Shown here in pieces: positions 1 to 12,124 of a stretch of 64,000 nt of DNA. The notes beneath the pieces are model-generated. The model saw only the letters and a program-made list of their open reading frames with translations. It had not been told where the DNA came from and did no database searches. The stretch's first letter is position 1, and each line of letters opens with the position of its first letter. The stretch lies in the NCBI GenBank assembly GCA_964016885.1, contig OZ024742.1:98828001-98892000 (forward strand). Direction: 5' to 3'. The position numbers and the translations under genes are program-made. This DNA is from Eledone cirrhosa. Taxonomy: Eukaryota.

Positions 1-915
1 AGGCAATCCAAGCAGAAACGACAAGGGAACGGACAAGGCGTGTGTTTTTGAATCGCCTGCCTTTTCCCCTGTGGTCAACAATTCACCTCCGTGATTCTGT
101 GCAGGCGCAAACGAAAGCTGGCTATCCACTACACCAAAACTCCCCCCAAAATTAGCCCTGACATGTCCCCACACCTCCTCCAACCAAACGACCACACCGT
201 CCAGGTTTGTAATATGACACTGTTAAAGTATACTGCAAGTGGCAGCAAGCCGATATCCGGTGGTGATGGCAGAGTAACTGTTTCAATAGGCGTTAATACA
301 CCCCTAATCTATGCCTGGACAATGTTTGGCCATCGCCGCTACGAGAATATAGAATTATCTCTAGATATTATGGTTTCACGCTGGAAATTAAAAATAAAAT
401 TAAACGTTAAAACAAAAATGAAACGTTAAAATGTTGTTTAAAGTGAATAAAAAAAAATATTATAAAGATTAAATAGGGAGATGTTTAAATTAAAGTAAGA
501 AGTTTAGAAAAGGCGGTCAATATTGGTTACTTCAGATATAATATCAATATATTGGACGATTGTACCGTATAGCAGAACAGAATAATAATTAAGGTATGAA
601 ACGTAGTAGTTAGATAAACACATAGTTAATATCTTCTTCTAGCACATGAATCAAAACAAAACCCAAGGATACGTACATAGATACAAAATGAGAAAGGGAA
701 CATGTATTGTCGTTTCTGTTTGGATTGCTTTGGGAACGTAACCTTATTATATAAGAAGCTGTCTGATGATGTCACGGCACTGGGTACGCAGAAACATGTG
801 GTCACTGTCGTCATTGAAATATATATCACACCATTAACAATAAAGGACTTTAACATCTGAAACTACTTCGCATTTTCTCATTCTCTCTCTCTCTATATAT
901 ACATATATAGAATGA

Positions 916-1010
<95 letters not shown>

Positions 1011-1011
1011 T

Positions 1012-2010
1012 GAAAGACGTAAAATAAGAAAATTTTTAAATTAACTTACTTACTAAAATTTTCACTCAAACTAATTAGTTTCTGTAAGGGAATGAATAGT
1101 TACGCAACGCAAATATAGAAAAATCCTTACGTCAGGGAGTCTATTCTCAGCTAAGTTCCCAGGCAATGCGCGGACACTAGGAACCCATATAAAAATAATA
1201 ATTCAGTGGATGGAAAAAGCAAGCGGGGACTAGATTCCAGGGCACTGAAAACATTCACTGCCTACTTGGTCAGTGGCAAATTCTAAAGAATCAATCACGT
1301 GACACTGAGGTTAATCAGTGAGGAGTGGAGTGGTGATAAGACAACAGCCTAACTACTACCATGAACCATAGCAGTAAATTTCGGCAAGTTTTGCTCAACA
1401 AATAATTTGGAGATAAATATAGAGAATTAGTATATCTATAGCAAATATATAGGTTATGTCTTAGTACCTTTGTGGTTCTATGCAAGGGGGTGCAGAACAA
1501 TTATATGAAAGACGTAAAATAAGAAAATTTTAAAATTAACTTACTAAAATTTTCACTCCAACTAATTAGTTTCTGTAAGGGAATGAATATAGTTACACAA
1601 CGCAACTATTGAGAAATCCTTACGTCATCAGGGAGTCTATTCTCAGCTAAGTTCCCAGGCAATGCGCGGATACGAGGAACCCATATAAAAAAATTTCCAT
1701 CCACTTAATTATTATTTTTATATGGGTTCCTAGTGTCCGCGCATTGCCTGGGATCTTAGCTGAGAATACACTCTCTGATGACGTAAGGATTTTTCTATAG
1801 TTGCGTTGCGTAACTATATTCATTCCCTTACATAAACTAATTAGTTGGAGTGAAAATTTTAGTAAGTTAATTTTAAAATTTTCTTATTTTACGTCTTTCA
1901 TATAATTGTTTTGCATCCCCTTGCATAGAACCACAAAGGTACTAAGACATAACATATACATTTGCTAGCATGAGTATACATCTGTATACATATGTTGGTA
2001 GATATACTAA
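1012..2010. mobile_element. (TA)n-flanked tandem-plus-inverted element carrying hammerhead motifs (Penelope pLTR/retrozyme-like)
   Basis: Unit gaaagacgtaaaataag...cccatataaaa occurs at 1012 and 1507 (direct). 1694-2010 is the reverse complement of 1012-1216 joined to about 1425-1506. Confidence 0.7.
1555..1636 (-). ncRNA. Type I hammerhead ribozyme motif with extended helix II
   Basis: Minus strand reads actcc CTGATGA c gtaagg...ccttac a GAAA ctaattag T T ggagt. Stem I is actcc/ggagt, stem III is the palindrome actaattagt, and the triplet is GUU. Confidence 0.75.
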
Positions 2011-2032
2011 TTATCTCGCTCCATCTATATAT

Positions 2033-2104
<72 letters not shown>

Positions 2105-2321
2105 TATATATATATATGTATATATACATATATATGGGGTAACAATTTATCGTTATAGGTAATCCAGTTAGCGGTTGCGAGTTCTTGTTAATACTAGAAA
2201 TAAAATCTTTTTGTACAGCCGAGTACGTCTTCCATCAAACTTTCACTATATATATATATATATATATATACAATATTAAATAAATGGAAAACTATATTTA
2301 TAAAACCATATTTATTTCATT

Positions 2322-2374
2322 ATATATATTTCGGGGATATCATATTAACAATATGCTATGCCTTCATCAGACAA
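2322..2374 (-). ncRNA. Degenerate hammerhead motif
   Basis: CTGATGA a gg..catatt/aatatg..cc GAAA tatat; stem I pairs poorly. Confidence 0.45.
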
Positions 2375-2538
2375 AATACAATATAAACAGTTTTATAGAT
2401 AAATATATTCGACATACCGTAATAAACATCAACTTCATTTGAAGAGCTTTACGCTAGCAGTCTCGAGCTAGTGTCGAGTGCTTTTATATCAGTTATAAAT
2501 ATTTACTAGTTGTAACCCAACAATTTTAAATATAACTT

Positions 2539-2660
<122 letters not shown>

Positions 2661-2693
2661 TAGACAGGTAGATAGATAGAGAGACAGACATAT

Positions 2694-2726
<33 letters not shown>

Positions 2727-2769
2727 CAGACAGACAGATAGATAGATTCCAGCAAGTGCTTTATGTGTA

Positions 2770-3110
2770 TCAGGCTGTGCTTTTTTTCTATTTTCAGACA
2801 TAAATTCGTCTCTCTTCATCACATATGATCTGTATATATGGTCTTCCGGCAAAATGTTTCGGATTGTGAGTCTTGAAAATTTGAGCTCCTTATTAATGGG
2901 GCTAATTGACTGTTTGGTTCTCATCGAAGATTTTCCGGAACATTCGTATTAATTTAAGTGTTCAGTGGAAACTAGGTCACATAGTACGTGCTTAAAGTTT
3001 GGCTACCGCTGCAGAACACCTATCAGCATCTTCCAGTTCTATGTGAACTTTGACAACAAAAGACCGTGTATTTTTCAGGAAGCGAGCAATCTCTAGATTC
3101 CTATGATCAA
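2770..3110 (-). pseudogene. Tc1/mariner (IS630 superfamily) transposase N-terminal remnant
   Basis: Broken minus-strand frames give DHRNLEIARFLKNTRSF/VVKVHIELE and SISPINKELKFSRLTIRNILPEDHIYRSYVMKRDEFMSE, which resemble the two HTH motifs of Tc1/mariner transposases. Confidence 0.6.
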
Positions 3111-3269
3111 CCTACAAAGACTTTATAATTTACTTAGTTAATACCTGTGACCCACTATCTGAAAAGAAATCATAATCAACACACGTTAGAAAAAAGGTTA
3201 AGGTTTTAATAACGTGTCTTAAAAGAGGTAAAATTCTGACCTACAGGCACACACAAACATACACAAACA

Positions 3270-3399
<130 letters not shown>

Positions 3400-3530
3400 T
3401 GAAGGCGTGCGGCTGAGTGGTTAGAGAATTGGATTCGCAATCGTAAGGTTGTGAGTTCGATTCCTGGACCAGACGATGCGTTATGTCCTTGAGCAAGACA
3501 CTTTATTTCACGTTGCTCCTTCTACCTGGA
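3400..3530 (+). mobile_element. tRNA-derived CORE-type SINE
   Basis: A box-like cggctgagtgg and B box gagttcgattcc, followed by CORE-like tgtccttgagcaagacacttt. Confidence 0.7.
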
Positions 3531-3754
3531 GTTGCGACCGATAGATAGTATTAGCAATTGGAAAGACCAACGGAAACATTGTTCCCTCGGTCCGATTTGA
3601 CGAAATTCGATCGTTCCTTTATATATATGTATATATATATGTATATAGCAATCAGATTATTCAAGTACGTGTATATATACATGATATTGTGTCTAGTCAC
3701 TACACACACACACATATATATATATATTGTTACACAACAGTTAGTTCACCCTAC

Positions 3755-3792
3755 CGAGACCAATTGTTTCACCTTAGCGGATCCTCAGCTCG
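3755..3792 (-). ncRNA. Minimal hammerhead motif (cleavage triplet mutated)
   Basis: cgag CTGAGGA tcc gctaa ggt GAAA caattg gt ctcg. Same family as 29260-29298, and it lies downstream of the Penelope C-terminal fragment. Confidence 0.6.
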
Positions 3793-3958
3793 TAATGGAC
3801 ATGGTTATACCGAACAGGAAGGAGAACGTACGAGCGCGCATGCGTAGAAACGTTCACTTCACACAGGCAATACTTAAAGGCGTGCGAGAGCTGTAAGGGA
3901 GATAACTGCGAAAGTCCGAAAAGTTTCTAGTTGATAAGAAAGTAAGGATGTTGTTGTA

Positions 3959-4230
3959 ATTCAATCCGGAGCTTTGTAGTTACGTAAGCGGTGTTTCGAG
4001 ACGTTTGGACAACGTGTGAATAATTCATTTCTCGTGTTTAGGCAATCGCTATTGCATAATCTCTTTCGAATATGTATTCCTTCATCAATACATAGTCCAC
4101 ACGACGGATTTCCCCTTGCGTATGTCTTAGAGTTAGTGATGGCTTTCCATTGAATGTAGTAGTCTATACTTGAGTCCTTGAGGGACCATACGTGGACAAA
4201 GGGCGGTAGAACTCATAAGTGTTAACGGCC
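3959..4230 (-). pseudogene. Penelope-like element, C-terminal end of the GIY-YIG region
   Basis: Minus frame HVWSLKDSSIDYYIQWKAITNSKTYARGNPSCGLCIDEGIHI...CLNTRNELFTRCP...* matches the typical PLE C-terminus pattern (W.LK...I.W...C.LC..E...LN.R.E...C). Confidence 0.7.
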
Positions 4231-4499
4231 ATCCGAAAGTGTATAAATATGTATATACACATGTACCGCGCGCTTAAACCACTGGTAGTGAAGGACCCCC
4301 CATCACTTATCAGGGCATTCTTCTAGGAGAAGGCAACTCAGGAAACCGGGATAACTCCGGTATAAAACCTGCGGCTCAGTAGTTACCGATGATGTTGATC
4401 TTTTCTTCTTTTCGGGTTATAGCTACTGTCGCTCAGTGCACAGTCTTTCCTCACGTTAAAAAATATCTTCACGCACAGGCATTGCATGATTTCATTAAT

Positions 4500-4690
4500 T
4501 AATAATTGTTTCTACTTTAGACACAAGGCCAGCACATACCCAGTACATTACTGGCACTTTATTTTATCGACCCCGTAAGGATGAAAGGCAAAGTTAACCT
4601 CGGCGGGATTTGAACTCAGACTGTAAAAGGACGTAACTATGCTAGAAAGCATGGCGTTAAACCCCCTACCGATGCTGCCAATTCCCCTAA
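4500..4690 (-). mobile_element. tRNA-headed SINE with Meta-domain-like core and (ATT)n tail
   Basis: The reverse complement has A box tggcagcatcgg, B box gagttcaaatcc, core gcctttcatccttacggggtcgataaaataaag and tail ggccttgtg..agtagaaacaattatt. Confidence 0.85.
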
Positions 4691-4750
4691 TAATGGTATA
4701 TCGAGCAATTGCCATACTCGATAACGAGTGGGGAGCCATCATATATATGC

Positions 4751-4871
<121 letters not shown>

Positions 4872-5446
4872 CGACGTGTTTCTATGTTTCCCTCTACCAA
4901 ATTTCACTCATAATTCATTTGCCAAAACAAGGGCTATAACAAGATAGCTTGTATAAAGTAACACGAGGTGAGAATGTACCCTTAACCACGTATACTTCCT
5001 ACACGTAGAACCATACCAGAACAAATTAATTGCCACGTTAATATAACTTTTTTTTTTTTCGTTACCTCGACAGTCACTGCCTGCTGTCATCTTAAATGAT
5101 GGAAACGTTTAATTTGTAGACTTTAGCAAAGGTGACAACTGTTATATTTTGATATTTGGTCACGGATGATTTCACCGAGTGTACATTTACTAATTAATAA
5201 ATCACTAAATCAATTGATAAGTCAATGATTAGTATGTATTGATGATGACGACTTAATTGTGGACATACGAGGTAGATCTATGCTTTTTAATATTAACAAC
5301 AACAACAACAACAACAACAATAATGAAAATATTATAAAATAAATATTCCTGGAGGTGCAATACGTTGGTAATGAAAATCATAACAAAGAGATTTACATAA
5401 GATAGGAGGAAGAAGAAATCAACAAAATTCAGTAATACATGTTAGA

Positions 5447-6215
5447 TAATAATTGTTTCTATTTTTGGCACAAGCCAGCAATCCACCAGTACATTACTGG
5501 TACATTATTTTATCGACCCAGTAAGGATGAAAGGCAAAGTTAACCTTGGCGGGATTTGAACTCAGTCCGTAAATCGACATACCTCTGTGCTGCAAAACCT
5601 GGCGTCCGATCCTATACCGATACTGGCCATCCAAGATGATAATTGTTTCGTCTCTTGGCACAAGGCCAGCAAATACCTAGTACATTACTGGTACTTTATT
5701 TTATCGACCCCGTAAGGATGAAAGGCAATCCAAGATAATAATTGTTTCTACTTTTAGCACAAGGCTAGCAATTACCCAGTGTATTACTGGTACTTTATTT
5801 TGTCGATCCCGCGAGGATGAAAGGCACAGTTAAACTCGGAGGGATTTGAACTCAGAACGGCAAGGGTCGTATCTCTATGCGTCAAAGCATGGCCTCCGAC
5901 CCTCTACCGATACTGCCAAAGATAATAATTGTTTCTAGGTCAGCAATTACTCAGTACATTACTGGTACTTTATTTTATCGACCGCGTAAGGAAGAAAGGC
6001 AAAGTTAACTTGGGCGGGATTTGAACTCAGACTGTAAAGGGACGTAACTATGCTAGAAAGCATGGCGTCCAACCTTCTAACGATACTGCCAATTCACCGA
6101 TACTGCCAAAGATAATAATAATATCTACATTAGGCACAAAGGACTTAATTTGAGGGTTGGAAAAATCGAATATTGATCCTAAGTGTGAACTGGTATTTTA
6201 TTTTGTCGATCTTGA
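5447..6215 (-). mobile_element. Tandem cluster of 4-5 copies of the same SINE
   Basis: gataataattgtttc...aaggatgaaaggc...gatactgcc blocks begin near 5447, 5637, 5736 and 5922, with a decayed piece near 6112. Confidence 0.85.
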
Positions 6216-7373
6216 AACGAATTATATCATAACTAAAGAATAATTTCTGACGTTCTCCCAAGCCCCTACCCTGAAAATTCTACTCTAGGCAGAAGGCCTG
6301 TAAGTTATGGGGCTTCCGAAGCCTTTTTGTTGTTGGGAATCCAAGACCCACTCGCCTTCGCGTGTTTTTACGCTAATTATACGATATGATATCATGCATA
6401 GGCGTCAGTGTTCCATGATTTCTGATTGAGGAGTGAGGGTGACCATGTATTTTACCATTTGTCTGGCTTCATCCATTTCCACGTTGGTCACCATAATTGC
6501 TTATTTTTTTCTTTTTGGTTTGCAGCTCTCGCAAAAGAATTGTGTGGTCTTGCGCTGCTGTTGCTGTTGTTTTTGCTAATATTGCTTTTGCACTGAGTTG
6601 CTGCTGCCATCGCTGCTGTTGCTATTGCGGGTAGAGTTGCTACTAGTTCCGGTGTCGCTGCTTTTACTGCTTTTTCTAAATGTCTCTGTTATATTTTTAT
6701 TTCGCTACTGTTGTTGTTGCTGTTGTTGTTGTTGTTGTTGTTGATATATTTGTTGTAATGCTGGTGGTGTTAATTCTTTTTAGTTACTTTGATAAGATAT
6801 TGTGTGGTGGTGGTGAAGGTGTTAATCAAATTCAGGTAATAAGCGTGCATTGTTAGTAATAATGTCTTTAGTCCCAGACAAATAAGAACTGTCGATGTTG
6901 CACATACTTCAGGAACACCGAGGTGCCTCAGGTGTTGCAGTTAAAATTCGCCTGAAAATAAAGAAGAAATAATAATAATAATTAGTATAATTAATACCAA
7001 GTAATGTGAGCCAGCAATTTGAAGGGCCGGGGAAAGGCGATTAAATTGACTGCAATATGTCGCTGTTGCTTATTTCATCATTCTCACACGGACGAAACAC
7101 AAAGATGACCTTGGCGGTATTTGAACTATAAGACCATGAAGAAAGCATTTTGACTGACCCTTATTATTGAGTATTGCCGATCCAATAAAATAGTAATAAT
7201 AAAAGGGCATTTGTCAAATAACAAAACACAAACAAAATCCAAGGACATCACCAAAGCAAAGAGGCTACGAAATAAAATGCAATAATTTAATTAATTCCCT
7301 TTGCGAGTACGCACAAAGCAATTACAATCTAGAAAAAAAGAAGAAACAAAATTAATTTCATTTATAATATATA

Positions 7374-7510
<137 letters not shown>

Positions 7511-8529
7511 TGTAAGATGGTGATTAATTGGGTTTGTGTTTGCAAAAATCCAGTCAATATCAAATGATCAAGCACTTCACGAAATATGTATTCTTTCAGT
7601 TATGATGTAGTAGTCCAGGACAGGATGTACAAATAATAATGATAAACACGCAAAGGTTCGATATTCAAATTCATTTTATTATATAATTCACTGTCATCAC
7701 CTAATCAGGATTTCTTAACACAGTATGTTATGGAATGCATTTATATAATATTGTTCAGTGACAGCATTACGTAAGTAAAAACGCCACAGAAATACGTATT
7801 AATGCGAATTAGTAATTAGTAATACTATGATTTTTAACATCTAACCTTCGCATTTGTCTCATTATATATAGTAATAAGAACATCCCCAAAAGAGAGTACT
7901 AATTAACATGATTTAGAATGTAGCACAATGGAAAGCATCCAGCAGATAGCTAACACCATACACCAGAGTATAACTGTAACTGTTGACTACCCTTCCGAAC
8001 ACCCTAACAATAGACTACTCTATTAGACACGGAACTCTGGATTAACACTATAGACGAGAGCGCCCAAATTGTCTCCTAACACTATGCTAAACCCATGGCC
8101 TCCAAATATCTGATACTCAAAAACTTAACAATGTCCAGTAGTGCTAAATTTAATATTCTGATGGCAGACATGGTACGAGTGATGAAGAACGTGTCCCGCA
8201 TGGGCGACTCAACATAAATGGAAAGACATATCCAACACTTCATCAACCACATGCAGTTCTCTCGCCACAACCAAAGAGACAGAATCAGAGTATACAAGGA
8301 ACCACGGAGAAATATAAGACCCTCATAGAACTGGCCATGAAAGGAATTTGCCCATTATACAGGAGCAAATCATGGAATAACTTAGATAGGACTAAACATA
8401 AGATAGGGAAAGCCACCTCATGGTACGACAACCAGTGATACCAGAGTGTCATGTTGGTGGATGTTACCCCTGGTGAAAATTAGCTAACCAATGTAGAAAG
8501 GCCCTAAGAACGACCCACTTAAAGATAAG

Positions 8530-8838
8530 GTGGTAGAAAAGCCAGGAAGTACCATAGAATCCCTGATCAGCAAATCATACCCCTTTAAGAAAAACAACTG
8601 TACTAATAAGAAATGTGTTATATGTAAAGTGAACCCCCAGATAAACTGTAAAACTAGAAATGTAGTCTATAGCATAAGGTGTACAGAGGGTACTTGCAGA
8701 AACATGACAACGACATACATAGGTGAAACAGCTCGAAGCATAAGAGAAAGAATAGACCAACACTGGGGGGAACTAAAAGGACAAAAAACGGTTCAGTACT
8801 ATACGAAGAGGTCAGACAAAAACATGACGTTTGCATAG
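8530..8838 (+). pseudogene. GIY-YIG endonuclease fragment of the Penelope-like element (Neptune-type Cys linker)
   Basis: CTNKKCVIC...CKTRNVVYSIRC...TYIGETARSIRERIDQH. Confidence 0.85.
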
Positions 8839-9262
8839 ACAACATAGAAATTAAAATGATATCTAAACATAGAAATGACCCAAATGGTAGTCAAATCAGA
8901 GAGCGAGCGACATAGAGCTTAGAAAACCAAAGTTAAACCAAAAAAATGAATGGAATAACAACAACAACCATACCCAAACAAACAATACTGATTTAAGAGA
9001 AATATAAATAAATAAATAAATAAATATATACAGAACTACAATAACAACAAACACATATAAACACACACTAGTAAACAAAGATAGAATACAAAAATCAAAA
9101 CACATTCACCCAAACGCGAACACACACACCAGACATTATACACATACGCAAACGCATGCACAGAGAGGGAGACAAAAATAAATAAATAAATAAATAAATA
9201 AATAAAATAAAAATAGCGTGAACATTACAATACAACACAATAGGAGGAAACATGATAATAGT

Positions 9263-9304
9263 ACCACTGATGATGTTGCATATGTGCAACGAAATAATTT
9301 TGTT
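9263..9304 (+). ncRNA. Hammerhead motif in the Penelope 3' repeat
   Basis: acca CTGATGA t gttgca tatg tgcaac GAAA taattt tgtt; helix II is perfect, helices I and III are imperfect. Confidence 0.65.
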
Positions 9305-9531
9305 AGACTATATATATATATATTTATATCTGTATTTTTAACCGAAGGTCATCAATGATAAACATTGATTACCAAATAAATGAACTATGGAGATATAAAA
9401 GATACAGATGCCGAAACCAACCAAACAGTGAGTGTGTTCTCTTATTAATTCTGGCAATATTGTTACAATATAACCTTCCCGAATTATAACAATATATATA
9501 TATATATATATATAGATATATATATATATAT

Positions 9532-9570
<39 letters not shown>

Positions 9571-10053
9571 AAAATGTATGACCCCGACGACAGAGCGCAA
9601 GCCGTTTCGGCGGCTATTTCTGGACTAAATTAGAATTTTTAGACTGGTAAATAAATAACCGAACTTTTCAGACGGTACTTACTTATATGGGAAGATTGTA
9701 GTTATGAAGAGGATTGGTCAACATTTCTTGTAAACACAATTATGTCTATCATGGAAGTGGGCTGCCTGAACTTGCCTGTAGAACAAAGAGGGAGTGGGTG
9801 GAACCGGTCAAGCGTTGAGAGTGAAATGTATACAACAAATTCTAAGGATTGTGTATGAAGCTAGGCCAGAGAAATTAGGCGAAAAAGGATTCTGTAGAAA
9901 ATAGAGAAGGGACATTATAGAATAGGTAAATCAATGGAGATTAGGAGATAATAAAAAAGAAATAAGAGAAGAATATATAAAAATATAAAATTGGAAGTGA
10001 TAAATAATCTGTGTATATATGTGTGTGTATATATTTATATATATATATATATA

Positions 10054-10125
<72 letters not shown>

Positions 10126-10374
10126 ATGTACAAAGAGGTTCGAGACAATAAACGAAATAAGGTGAAACGTAAAATTATTTTTTTAAATATAAAAATACAA
10201 ACGCAAGACACAATTGATTCAATCATATATATATATTTACTTTTCTCCACTCCACCTTTATATATAACTTTGGAAATGTATTCACTTATACATCTGTTGT
10301 TTTTTTTTGTTTATTTTAATGCACGTGAACTTATCTTCATCAAAGATTTAATCGGAGCATCGTTGCTGCGTCGT

Positions 10375-10550
10375 ATGTAATGCATTCCAATATTTTGTTA
10401 CAGCCATTTACATTCCGCCTTCAAATCCTGTCGAGGTCAACTTTGCCTTTCATCCTACCGAGGTCAATACAATTATAGACCAGTCAAATACTGGGATCGA
10501 TATATTCGAATGACGCTTCTTAAAATTGTGCTAAAATTAGAAACAATTTC
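10375..10550 (+). mobile_element. Diverged copy of the tRNA/Meta-like SINE
   Basis: ttcaaatcctgtcgaggtcaactttgcctttcatcc...ttagaaacaatt. Confidence 0.7.
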
Positions 10551-11515
10551 ATTAATTCAGTGGATTCACTCATTAGGTTATGTCCAATTTTCTTTCACAG
10601 TCCCCAGGCTTTATCGAATTTTGATTATACAGATCCTAGTAATTCACTTAACGCTACATCATTTCTATTGATTTCGGATAGATGATAGATGTACACTTCA
10701 CATTTGTGGAATCAGAACTCAGAACGTTCAGTGATGTAATCTTGCATACTATCTCAATTTGTTTGTGTAAGTCACTATACTGACGTTACCATCAAACAAC
10801 AGGATTTCACTAGATTTGACTGTGCTAGTGCTAGTGCTAGGTTGTTGTTTTGAATGGGGTAGTAACGGGTGCAGTAGTTGTAGGTGGTGTGGGTTGGCTT
10901 GTTAGCCTTTGTTGTGTTGATTCTCATGGGGGTCGTGGTGGAGGTAGTGGTGACGAGTTATGTCTTGGTGATTCTTGTGGTAATGGTGATGTTAGATGTA
11001 GTGGCTTTGCTGTTAGTAGTGGTGACAATGGTAATGTGAGTTGTTGTATTACTTTATTGATTTTACAATTTACCTGTAATTTATCTTCATCTTTATTTTA
11101 TTCTTCCTTCCATTCCGCCTAACTTTCTTTCATCTTCCTTTCCTGATTGTTAATTAACGTTCATGAGGTGTTTACCTCTTTAAGATGATTACCGTGTTTT
11201 TACCACCCGTACACATACCTCATATAATATATTGGCTTCACGATAATTCATTCATGTTGCTGGAATGTTGTCGTTCCTGTTATTTCTTTCATTTGTTTGT
11301 TTTGAAGCTTCTTTTTAACTTTGTTCGCTTATTTAATTATCTATTTATTTATTGAAAAAATTAAATTCCATTTCTCACTCTTAGTACGGCTGATATACAT
11401 ACTTATATTTATTTATTCATTTACGTATGTTAAAATATTACATTTTATATATATAATGTTATAAACATATATTCTTTACATAATTCCCTTCATATATATC
11501 TGTATACATACATAC

Positions 11516-11573
<58 letters not shown>

Positions 11574-11949
11574 ACTTCACGTTGAGAGAAGACATTCATA
11601 TATAACATAAATGTATTGAATATATGGAAGAGTTATGTCCACTGTACCTACTCCTGTGATGATCAAATAAATTTAAAGTGCAATCTGTCTTAATGACTGG
11701 CACTTTCTTTCAAGGTTCTTAAATGAATAATTTCGTTAGCTTTGCATATATATTTATCGGACATGAAAGACATCTGTAAGGATTATAAATAGTAGCTATA
11801 CTAATAATTAATGTTCGTACCTTGTTAGATTTAAGGGACTGTATGGTACTGAATAAGATGCATTCTTATCGGGTGAGTCGCGAGAGTGATCCGGTTGGGT
11901 CTAGATAGTGTAATGTGCATATGTAGAGCTGAGATGCGTGGAATCAAAG

Positions 11950-12040
<91 letters not shown>

Positions 12041-12124
12041 ACTTTGATAACTTTGATAGGTTTCGGCCAGTATTGGCCCAGGCCATATCTAACTTAATAG
12101 CACCACCTGGCGAAGTCTTACAAA

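Larger units (their letters stand above)
7900..9495 (+). mobile_element. Decayed Penelope-like retroelement (RT thumb, zinc-finger linker, GIY-YIG, 3' pLTR)
   Basis: Frameshifted peptides QQIANTIHQSITVTVDYPSEHPNNRL, HYAKPMASKYLI and HIQHFINHMQFS. GIY-YIG ORF at 8530-8838, hammerhead at about 9265, and a (TA)n end. Confidence 0.85.

Noticed and set aside
91-429. 112-aa ORF at the window start as a host exon
   Set aside because: No recognisable domain or clear splice signals; cannot be supported.
3400-3475. Functional tRNA gene
   Set aside because: Continues into a CORE-like SINE body and lacks a clean cloverleaf or terminator.
10850-11122. Gly/Val/Cys-rich 90-aa ORF
   Set aside because: Low-complexity (GGT/GTT)-derived sequence.
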